Both the position numbers and the translations under genes were made by a program. DNA of 64,000 nt. Origin: Eledone cirrhosa. Lineage: Eukaryota. A model generated the notes under the pieces. That model worked only from the letters and a program-made list of their open reading frames with translations. It was not told the origin of the DNA and ran no database searches. Shown one piece after another: positions 1 through 11,022 of the stretch (its first letter is position 1; each line of letters begins with the position of its first letter). The stretch lies in contig OZ024741.1 of assembly GCA_964016885.1 (NCBI GenBank), positions 278,318,001 to 278,382,000 on the forward strand, read 5' to 3'.

Positions 1-810
1 TTTATAGTCTGAGTTCAAATCCTGCCGAGGTTAGCTTGGCCTTTCATCTTTTCCAGGTTGATAAAATAAAGTACCAGTAACGCACTGGAATCAATTTAAT
101 GGACTTTTCCCTCCTCCAAAATTATTGGCATTGTGCCTAAATCAGAAACTATTATTATTTTTTTGATATTACGGCCATTTACATTCTGAATTCAAATCAT
201 GCCAAGGTCAACTTTGCCTTCCATTCTTCCGAGGTTGATAAAATAAAGTACCAATCCCATACTGGGGTTGATACAATCGAATTTCCTCTTCTCCCAAATT
301 GCTGGCCTTGTGCCAATGTTAAAAACAGTTATTATTGTTATTATTAGGGTAGTGGATTGGCAGAATTGTTAGAGCATTGGACAACATGAGTTACGGCCCT
401 TTATATTCTGAGTTCAAATCCTGCCAAGGTCGACTTTGCCTTTCATCCTTTTGAGGTTGATAAAATGAAGTATCAGTCAAGTACTGGAGTTGATATAATC
501 AACTTTCCTCTCCCCACAAATTACAGGTCTTGTGCATAAATTAGAAACCGTAATTATGATTAGTAGACTCATTAGAGTGTTAGACAAATTCTTAGAAGCA
601 TTTGTTCCAGCTCTTCATATTTGAATCCTGCTGAAGTCAACTTTGCCTTTCATCCTTTAGGATTCAATAAAATAAACTATCAATCAAACACTGGGTTTGA
701 TGTAATTGACTTTTACCCCACTGCCTAAATTGCTGGCCTTGTGCCTAAACTAGAAACCATTATTATTAATGTAAGGGTAGTGGATTGGCAGTATCAGTAG
801 AGCATATAGT
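1..810 (+). mobile_element. Head-to-tail cluster of ~4 tRNA-derived SINE copies (Nin/Deu-like core)
   Basis: Recurring ~170-200 bp unit with B-box-like GAGTTCAAATCC, core GCCTTTCATCCTT..GAGGTTGATAAAATAAAGTACCAG, then GCTGGCCTTGTGCC and an (ATT)n tail. Family name is from recall. Confidence 0.75.
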
Positions 811-1269
811 TACGTCCCTTTCTCATTATTCTGTTTGTTTTTTCATCAAATATTTTGTTGTTTTGCCTTAACTTGCTGAACATTTATTTTCAATCATATC
901 TAGTTCTAGTGGTTCATTTATTTTCATCATTTCTGCACTGATTTGATTGGACTCTAGCGTTTATATTGCTTCACTCTGTAGCTACATAGCTGCTTTCAAA
1001 CAGCTATGGAACTTTTTTGATTTGGCTGTGTTTATCTCAATAATTTCCCTTTCTGGTTTTGAACAATTATTTAAATTTGTATTAACCCTTCTCATACCAA
1101 ATTGCTTAAAACCGACCTTGATTTATAATTAAATGAATCATGTTACCATATTCGATACAAATTGCATCGGTCTTTGTTGTAGGAGGGGACTATGGCCAAT
1201 ATAAGCCTTCCTTTTCACTAGTAAATTAAAATCAGTACGGCACTTGAGAACCTATAACATTTTCAAGCA

Positions 1270-1620
1270 GGGGTCCCATGTAAACATAGTATGGCTCCAT
1301 GCAAGCTTAGTATGGTCCCATAGCAACTTTATTATGGTCCCATGCAAGTTTAGTATGGTCCCATACAAGCTCAGTATGGTCCCATGCAAACTTAGAATGG
1401 TCCTATGCAAGCTTAGTATGGTCCCATGCAAGTTTAGTATGGTCCCATACAAGCTTAGTATGGTCCCATACAAGCTTAGTATGGTCCTATGCAAGCTTAG
1501 TACGGCTCCATTGAAGCTTAGTATGGTCCCATGCAACGTTAATATGGCTCCATGAAAACTTAGTATACAAGCTTAGTATGGTAATATACAAGCTTAGTAT
1601 GGACCTCTGTAAGCTTAGTC
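1270..1620. repeat. 21-bp minisatellite (ATGGTCCCATGCAAGCTTAGT), ~15 copies
   Basis: Direct tandem periodicity; explains the 7-aa periodic ORFs on both strands. Confidence 0.9.
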
Positions 1621-1993
1621 CAGCTCCTGCTATACACCATATACACTTCCTGGCGCTTTTCTACTCTGTCTCTATCTTCCTTTGTCTTTTCTCTTATTTC
1701 TATCTCTCTTTCCAGCACACCTTTTAATTTTCCCACTTATTCTCTCACCCACTTAGGCACTCACATATCTATACACAGTTAGTTACACACAGAGTTAGAC
1801 ATACATACATAATTATACACACACTTGCAGTTATACATACACACAGATCTAACTGCATACACACATAATATATATGCACATGCAGTTATACACATATATA
1901 CATAAATGATTATATACACACACAGTTATATTGAAACAGTCTTATATACACAGCTATACACTAACACAGTTTTTTAATATATATATATATATT

Positions 1994-2815
1994 ATGAAAG
2001 GCAGGTTGTACGATGCCTGCATACGAACAGCAATGTTGCATGGCAGTGAGACCTGGGCATTGTGTGCAGAGGATATACGCAGACTAGAGAGGAACGAAGC
2101 TTGCATGCTCCGCTGGATGTGTAACAGTAATATACGTGAACGGCAAAGCATAAACGAACTAAGGAAAAAATTAGAAATAAGAGGGATCAGATGTTATTTA
2201 CTCGAGAGAAGGCTACGTTGGTATGGACACGTGATGCGCATGAAAGTCGATAGCTGTATAACAAAGTGCAGGGCAATAAAGATAGACGGTAGCCACGGAA
2301 TAGGCAGACCTAGAAAAACCTGGGACGAGCTGATAAACTCCGACTTCACACACTTACACCTCTCCAAGACAATGTCACTGGACCGAGACCTTTGGCGGTA
2401 CTCAGTAACAGAGAAGACCCGCCTTACCTAAATACATAGTAAAACCTACTACAGCCAGTAGGCATCTCTAACAAAATAACCCCCCCCCCCCCATCCACAT
2501 CACCCCGTTCTATGTAAAGTTATGTTGGTGCCACACCATCCAGGCCGAAACAAATGAGATCGTGTAGGTGTCACGACAAAAAACACACAGTCCACGCTGT
2601 AATGTGGCCGTGTAGGCAACACAGTAAAAACCTCCCAGACCCACACTGTAAATGTGGTTGGTGTTAGGAAGGGCATCCAACTGTAGAAAACCTGCCAGAC
2701 AGTCCTATGTGAGCAAGACAATCACTCTTGCCTCAAGTGGGACTACCCCCGTCCAAACCCATGCAAGCGTGGAACACGGACGTTAAACGTTGATGATGAT
2801 GATGATGATGATGAT
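1994..2815 (+). mobile_element. RTE LINE subfamily B, 5'-truncated, with 3' UTR and (GAT)n tail
   Basis: MKGRLYDACIRTAMLHGSETW...RRLRWYGHVMRM...GRPRKTW; nearly identical to the 3' part of the 11023-13095 copy. Confidence 0.92.
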
Positions 2816-2819
2816 ATTG

Positions 2820-5143
2820 TAATATTAATAAATTTGAAGACTAAAATCCAAAGAGGGCTCGATAAGGATAAATATATATCAAATATATAAGAACCGTAGA
2901 GCAAATATTTATTAAAATAACAGATTAAAGTTTAAGCAAAGAATCGCTGCTTTCACCCTTAACAGGATCTTCTGAAACTAACAAAGTCAATCTGTGAACT
3001 CAGAAGTGAATATTTCAAAAAACGTTGCAACCGGAGGAAGACAGGAAGACGATACTTTGGTTCATGGAAACGTTCCCTGGCAAAGAACGGGAAAAAACGA
3101 ATATAATACAACATTATTTGGAGCGGTGAAAAACAATTACATGCAAAGACAAAACCACGTTTATGGTATAAAAGAAGTCGTAGACTAATATTCTATTAGG
3201 TGGTTCATAGAGACGTTCTCTGGCAATGAACGGAACGAATTAATATGATAATACGTCATGTGGAGCGGGGAGAACAATTGCACGCAACGACAAAACCACG
3301 TAAATGGTATAACTGAAGTCGGAGACTAAAATTCTAACTAGGAAACCGAATGATTCTCGGCTTCAGAGTTAAGAATAAAGTAAATAAAATACAGAGGTAA
3401 TTGAAATTAAATAAAAACATACACGCATCCATATACGAGCATATACAAGCATACGCGAAAACACTCGCCATAGGTATACAAATACACGCACATACACAAA
3501 AAAACACCCACACGCACATACAGAACCCACGCAACGCCTGTACCCGCAAACATACAAATGTATACACCAAATACACATAAAAATATATATAAAAATATAT
3601 ATGTAATTGTAGGAATCGGGTTGACTGCCCCCTATCCGGGAAATGCCTCTCTAGTAGCATTGTCTACAAATGTAAGGTTGAAACACCCACGTCCCGTAGG
3701 GTCTACATAGGGTTAACCGCCAATAGATTCAAGCAGCGTTTTTACATGCATACCCATTCTTTTCGTAACCCTTTAAGAAGGAATATGACGTCATTTTTGG
3801 CTTATATCTGGAGTCTAAAAGACAACCACAAGCAATATAAGTTACACTGGGAGATCCTAGCTAGGGCTACATCGTATAACAGAAATAAAAGACCATGTGA
3901 CCTCTGCGCCACTGAGGCCCTGGAAATACTCTATGCCAAAGACCACATTTTAAACAAAAAATCTGAGGCAATTTCGGCTTGTAAACATAAATTGCACAAA
4001 ACTTTCCTGTATTGCAGCCCCACATTATACCCTAATGGATAGTACAAACTATACACGGATATTTTACGTCTTGATGTGGTAGCTAAGTATACGTTATGTT
4101 TATACCATTACTTATTTGTATAGGTAAGTATATATTACCTGTATGTTTTGTGAAGGTACGTATACTTTCTCGTACGTATGTTTGATTGTATATGTTATGG
4201 CGTATATATTATATATTCTGGTACATATGCTTATATATTCTGGTACATGTACATATGTGTATATGTGAGTTTTGCGTCTGTGTGAGTATGCGGGTTCGTA
4301 CATATGTAGGGTGTGTGTATATTTGTGTTTTGGTTGACTTACGTCTCCGAACATATGTGTATTTACATGTAGGTATGTGAGAGCGCTTGTTATATACGTA
4401 TTTATTTATATACGTTTATTTAATTATATATATACACGCACACACACACATATATATATATATTTTTTTATATATATATTTTTATTTGTATTGGGTGTAT
4501 ACATTCCTATGCGTGCGGGTACAGGCGTTGCATGGGTTCTGTATGTGCGTGCAGGTTTTTTCTTTTTTTTTGTGTATGTGCGTGTATTTGTATACCTATG
4601 GCGAGTGTTTTCGCATATGCTTGTGTATGTACGTATTTGGATGCGTGTATGTTTTTATTTAATTTCAATTACCTCTGTATTTTATTTACTTTATTCTTAA
4701 CTCTGAAGCCAAGAATCATTCGCTTTCCTAGTTAGAATTTTAGTCTACGACTTCAGTTATACCATTTACGTGGTTTTGTCTTTGCGTGCAATTGTTCTCC
4801 CTGCTCCACATATGACGTATTATCTTTGTTCCGTTCATTGCCAGAGAACGTCTCTATGAACCACCTAATAGAATATTAGTCTACGACTTCTTTTATACCA
4901 TAAACGTGGTTTTGTCTTTGCGTGTAATTGTTTTTCACCGCTCCAAATAATGACGTATTATATTCGTTTTTTCCCGTTCTTTGCCAGGGAACGTTTCCAC
5001 GAACCAAAGTATGGTCTTCCTGTCTTCCTCCGGTTGCAACGTTTTTTGAAATATTCACTTCTGCATTCACAGATTGACTTTGTTAGTTTCAGAAGATCCC
5101 GTTAAGGGTGAAAGCAGCGATTCTTTAATCTCTTATTTTAGTA
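2820..5143 (+). mobile_element. Penelope-like retroelement remnant with inverted pseudo-LTR
   Basis: 2941-3600 is the reverse complement of ~4455-5125 and the two arms flank a GIY-YIG fragment; there is an internal ~135-bp tandem duplication in the pLTR. Confidence 0.8.
3602..4042 (+). pseudogene. Penelope-type GIY-YIG endonuclease C-terminal fragment
   Basis: Open frame upstream of the listed ORF: CNCRNRVDCPLSGKCLSSSIVYKCKV...VYIGLTANRFKQRFYMHTHSF...WEIL...CDLCATE...LNKKSE...CKH. Confidence 0.85.
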
Positions 5144-5144
5144 T

Positions 5145-7075
5145 ATCATCATCATCATCATCATCATCATCATTTTACGTCCGCTTTTCCCTGCTTGCAA
5201 GGGTGGGACGGGTCTTATTCAGCACAGCATCTCTCCACTCGTCACGGTCCCTCGTCATCTCCACCGTGAGCTTCAATGATCTGAGGTCTGTTCTCACCAC
5301 CTCCGCCCATGTTTTTCGTGGTCTACCTCTACCACGTCTTCCTTCAACTGGCATTTCCTGGCACTTCTTCACCCATCGGTCATCCTCCATGCGCATCACA
5401 TGTCCATACCACCTCAGTCTCCTCTCCCGTACACTACATTCTATCCCTCTCAGACACAGTTTCTCTCTCAACACATTTATGCTGGGTCGTTCACGCACAT
5501 TTACACTGCACATCCAACGGAGCATGCTTGCCTCATTTCTCTCCAGCCGTCGCATATCTTCTGCGGTAGCTGCCCATGTCTCACTACCATGCAGCATCGC
5601 GCTCCTCACACAGGCATCATACAACCGGCCTTTCGTACGCAGGGAGAAACCCTTCTTCGTCAACAGAGGAAGCAGCTCCCTAAACTTCTTCCAACCCGTC
5701 CTTATTCTAGATACTATGGCCTCGGAACACCCTCCTCCCATGCTAATCTGATCTCCTAGGTACCGGAAGCTATCCACCACTTCTATAGCGCCCTCTCGCA
5801 TTTGAAAAATGTGTCTATCAGTGCGACTTCTACTGTCTAATTTCCCTGTACATCTACTGCATACATATTTCTCCCTACCTGTTAGTTTGCCTGCTATCCC
5901 GCTACATCTCTTGTGTACCCAGGACCTACATTGTGTGCATTTTATAGAATTTATGCCAGTTCCTTTTCTGCATATCGAACATGGCCATTTCCCTGACGGA
6001 ATCAGGGTTTTGTCCTCTTTTCTACTCATCAACACTTTTGTCTTAGCTAGATTTACTCTCAGTCCTCTTGCTTCCAACTGCTGTTTCCATAGCCGGAATT
6101 TATTCTCTAGCTCCTCTACTGATTCTGCCATAAGAGCCAGATCGTCAGCATAGAGAAGTTCCCATGGACAGCCAGTCTTAAACTCCTCTGTTATGGCTTG
6201 GAGGACTATAATGAACAAGAGCGGGCTGAGGACCGAACCCTGATGTACTCCTACTTGTATCTGGAATTCCTCACTAAACTCCATTCCTACCCTGACTTTA
6301 CTGAGAGTACCTCTGTACAAAGTTTGCACTGTCCTTACAAGCCATTCCTCAACACCCAGCTTCCTTAGGGACCACCAGATGACAGATCGGGGTACCCTAT
6401 CAAAGGCCTTCTCTAGGTCAACAAAGGCTAAGTATAGTGGCTTATTCTTCTCTAAGAACCTCTCTTGCATTTGTCTCACCAAGAAGAGGGCATCTGTTGT
6501 ACTCTTCCCAGGCACAAAACCAAACTGCATCTCATCTAGTTTGACCCTTTCTCTAATTAGTTGTGCTAGAATCCTTTCTGCCACTTTCATAACCTGATCT
6601 ATCAGTTTTATACCCCTATAATTGCTCCTCTCCAAAGCATCCCCTTTACCTTTGTAGCAATTTATGAGAATACTGCTGCACCAGTCTTTGGGTATGACAC
6701 CACCATATATAGCCTGATTGATTATGCGTGCAACCAGTTTAGTGCCTACGTCCCCTGATGCCTTCAGCATCTCAGCAACTATTCCCGATGGTCCGGCCGC
6801 CTTACCATTTTTCATTTCCCTAATCGCCTCTTGGACCCTATATTCGTCAATCTCAATAGCTGGTCCCTCTGTCGGATCTACCAAGAGTAATTTCTCTCTC
6901 TCCCATTCGTTCTCCACATTCATCAGTCTCTCATAATGACATTTCCAGGCCTCCTTTTTCTGGTCATTCGTGACACTAAGTACACCGGCATCATCCCGGA
7001 CACATTTATCACCAACAACATCCTGATTTGCATTGACACACTGCCTTGCAATGTGGAACACCGCACGCCTCTGAT
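5145..7075 (-). mobile_element. RTE LINE subfamily A, 5'-truncated (RT + PHD-type finger + C-terminus, open frame)
   Basis: 628-aa ORF with FVDLEKAFD, QGSVLSP, YADD; near-identical to 57826-59755; (ATG)n tail. Confidence 0.95.
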
Positions 7076-7168
7076 ATATATATATATATATATAAATGTA
7101 TTATATATACATATATATAGATAATATATATGTTATATATATTAAATTATATATATATATATATATTT

Positions 7169-7597
7169 ATGGGATGAGGTGATAAAAGCCGACCTTACCC
7201 AATTACACCTCTCAAAGACAATGACACACGACCGTGACTTCTGGCGTCACGCAGTAATACAGAGTACCCGACCTCCCATGGGTACATGCTGAAGCATATA
7301 AACAATATGCCCCCACACCCCCCACCGCAAGGTGGTCGTGGAGGTGCCACGGCAAAAAAGCACCCAGCCCACACTGTAAAGTGGACGTGTAGGCGCCACG
7401 AAAAAGCACCCAGCACTCACTGTAAATGAGGTTGGTGTTAGGAAGGGCATCCAGCTGTAGAAATCAAGCCAGATCAGTTCCTGTATGAGCAAGGCATGGT
7501 CAGCCGACCAGACACTGCACACAACAGGACAACCCGTCTAACCCATGCTAGCGTGGAAGAACGGACGTAAAACGGTGATGATGATGATGATGATGAT
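7169..7597 (+). mobile_element. RTE subfamily C 3' end (ORF tail + structured 3' UTR)
   Basis: Reverse complement of ~62128-62540; (GAT)n tail. Confidence 0.88.
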
Positions 7598-8794
7598 TTA
7601 CATACACACACAGAGTTATACAGCCACATACATGTATACCCACCCTCACATAATCACACAAAGTATGGCCACTCTGACTCTGATATGGGAAAAACAAGAA
7701 CTAAAATAGAATGTTGCAGAATTCAGATTGGTAAATAACATAGTATTCCAGAGCAGCCTTTCTTTTATTGACTGTACTAATTGCAGAGGGGAATGTTTTA
7801 ATTAGTAATTCTGAATGGTAAATAAAGCAAAGGGACTATTAATTAGACATTTCTACTCCAATGACTTTCTAGAAATTCTTTGTACGTGTATTTATGAATA
7901 GACGTATATTAATCAAACGAAATAACTAACTGTAGCTAAGCTTAGTTTTGTTCTTTGTTTTTGTTTCTGTTATCTTTTTCTATTGTATTGTTTTTAAATT
8001 ATATATTATATATTTATAAATGTTGTGTTGTGTTGTGTTGTTGTGGGTGGAATCATGTCAGCCCTCACACACACATAACTGTGGTAGAGACGTGTATTTG
8101 TTATATAGGTTTTGTTTTTGGTGGAGGCATGTGGAAGACAGTAGGAAGATAGGAAGAATTTATGAAAATTTTAGTCAAATGATGATGATGATGATGGTGA
8201 TGATATATCATCATCACCATTGTTTAATAGATGTGAAACACTGATGATGATGGGGTGGAAGTGATAGCGGTGGTAGTGATGATGATGATGAGGGCGGTGG
8301 TGATGATGGTGGTGGTGGTGTAGGTGATGATGATGATGATGATGATGATGATGTTGATGTAGATGATGATATATAATATCGTCATCATCATCACCATCGT
8401 TTAATGTCTGCTTTCACTGGTAGCAAGGGTTGGACATGTCATCACAGATTGGTCAATACTCAAGCTGAATCTCTAACTTCTATGTATGCTGAGGGCCTGA
8501 CATACAATCCCATGCTCTACCGAGTGGATTTCATTGTGGCACCGACACTAGGGAAGTTTTCATGTCTTTGCTGTCGCTGAAGTGTATATGTAAATGTCTA
8601 ATGATGTTGATGATGTATTCCTCTCCTACCACTTCCCACATCTTTAATACACCTTCTCTGTGCAACCTATGCTTGTACAGAAAGCTGGACATTCTTTGCA
8701 ATATACTTCCAATCGCAACTCCCTCTTTTCAAGGCCACTCCCATGGCATGTCAATTGTTCACACACTCAAAGAGAAACGAGTGCCCTCTCTATG

Positions 8795-9292
8795 ATGGTA
8801 GTGCAGGTGCTACAACAAAAAAGCACCCAGTTCATCCCTGTAAGGTGGTTGTAATGGTGCCATGTCAAAAAGCACCCAATCCATCCCTGTAAGGTGGTAG
8901 TTCTGGTGCCATAACAATGAGCATCCAGTCAACTCCTGTAAAGTGGTTGTATTGGTGCCATGACATAGAGCACCCAGTCCACCCCTGTAAAGTGGCTATG
9001 CTGGTGCCATGACAATGAGCACCCAGTCCACCTCTGTAAGGTTGTTGTACTGGTGCCATGGCATAAAGCACCTAGTCTACCCTGTAAAGTGGTAGTGGTG
9101 ACTCCATGAAAAAAAGCTTCCAGTATATGCAGTAATGTGCTTGGCATTAGAAATGGTATCCAGCTGTAGAAAACCAAGCCAAGAGTGGATTGTATGAACA
9201 AGATCTATCACTTGACCTGTCTAGTCTCAACAACCTGTCTAACCGAAGCAGGTGTGGAAAACAGATTGAAAACGGTGATAAGGATGATGATC
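8795..9292 (+). mobile_element. Non-autonomous RTE-UTR derivative with ~6 tandem ~50-bp modules
   Basis: Repeats of GGTGCCA..AAAAGCACCCAGTCCA.CCTGTAAAGTGG, followed by a TTGGCATTAGAAATGGTATCCAGCTGTAGAAA motif and an RTE-like 3' tail. Confidence 0.75.
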
Positions 9293-9517
9293 ATGTGTGT
9301 ATATATATATAAATATATGTGTGTTTGTGTGTGTGTGTATGTATCTAGTTTAGAATTGCTATACTGTATCCCTCTGAGTTATAAGAAGCACTAAAAGATT
9401 GGTATCAGCAGAAGCATCCAGCTGTAAAACATTGCTTCAAAACTTCCCTTCCAACCCATACTAGCATGGAAAATTGAAATTAAATGATGATATATATATA
9501 TATATATATGTATATAC

Positions 9518-10925
9518 ATAGGAAAATGTTCAAGACCCCGATGGCAGAGCTCGAGCCGTTTCGACTGCTATTTCTGGACCAAATTAGATTTTTAGCGTGG
9601 TAATAAATAGCCGAACTTTTCAAGGGGTAATTCCTTATATGGGAAGATTGTAGTTGTCAAAAGGATTGGTGAAAAGTTCTTGGAAACACAATTAAAACTT
9701 TCATGGCGGTGGGTGGGAGGTGGGGGTGGCTGAACTTGCTTGTAGAACAATGAGGGAGTGGGTATAGCCTGTCAAGCATTGAAAGTGAATTCTATACAGC
9801 AATTTCTAGTGTGGAAGAAATTAGGCTAGCTAGAAAGCAGGCGAAAAAAGAATTATGGAGGAATCTGAGAGTGGGAAGTTATAAAATTAAAAAGTTAATA
9901 AATTGAAATAAAAAATAAAAAAATAAAAAAATAAAAAAATAAAAAAATAATAATAAATAAAAATAATAATAATATTAAAAAATTAAATAATAAAAAAATA
10001 ATAAAAAAAACTAGAGTCTAAAACAGCTGCTATAATTTTAGCTGGTATTGCGTTTTTGGCCAATGCTATATAGAATTTACTGGGGTGGGGGTACTGAGGC
10101 TACAAAAGCATGATGGGCTGCCTCAGGGTAAGCAAAAGAAGAAAAAGGAAAAGGAAGAGAAGAGGGAGTGGAAGGAAGTGAGAAGAAGAGATAAAGGGAA
10201 AAAAGAAAATAAGTACATCTACCTATGTATGCTGGGTTTCCCCTATCTTCTTCGGCAAGTGGGAAAAAGAAGGATGTTACAGCCATTGTCTACCCACCCA
10301 TGAGGAGGTTTGAGGGTGAGGTAAGTCCTATGCAATCGGTGTTTACATGCAGTTATAAGTTCGTCTTTTTTGTTTAGGAGTTGGTCCTTCATAAACAGCA
10401 TTTGTATTGTTTCCTCCAAGCATAAGTTACATGGGCGGCATCCTCCCGTGTAGGAGTTAGCCCTGGAAAGTAAGCTCCAAGTAAGATGGTATGTGGTGTT
10501 ATTATCTTGGAGGTCCCAGATGTGGCCCGAAAGTGTAGTGGCATGTCGCCGGGCTGGGTATACAAATGCTGTTTATGAAGGACCAACTCCTAAACAAAAA
10601 AGACAACTCCCTCATTGTTCTACAGGCAAGTTCAGCCACCCCCACCTCCCACCCACCGCCATGAAAGATTTAATTGTGTTTACAAGAAATTTTGACCAAT
10701 CCTTTTGACAACTACAATCTTCCCATATAAGGAATTACCCCTTGAAAAGTTCGGCTATTTATTACCACGCTAAAAATCTAATTTGGTCCAGAAATAGCAG
10801 TCGAAACGGCTCGAGCTCTGCCGTCGGGTCTTGAACATTTTCCTATTACCCACTCTACTACCCTAAGTATTGAGTACTCTGGTGCGTTATGGTGCACCTG
10901 GTTCCTTACCACACTTACTTCATTA
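9518..10925. mobile_element. Fold-back element (~240-bp inverted arms + one-sided ~80-bp tail), Penelope-like architecture
   Basis: 9518-9759 is the reverse complement of 10606-10846; related shorter copies at ~34000-34203 and ~57610-57820; flanked by (TA)n. Confidence 0.7.
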
Positions 10926-11022
10926 TGTATATATATATGTATATGTAAATATATATGTATATGTAAATATATGTGAATATGTATATTGTAAATATGTGTA
11001 TATGTATATATATATATATATA

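Noticed and set aside
5085-5125. Hammerhead-like CAGAAGA-stem-GAAA in the Penelope pLTR (mirrored at ~2941-2980)
   Set aside because: Core U4 is A in both arms and I could not draw helix I or III; at most a decayed motif.
5074-5751. Antisense ORFs over RTE copies (also 12157-12657, 57782-58429, 63032-63655)
   Set aside because: Shadow frames of the RT ORF; no independent motifs.
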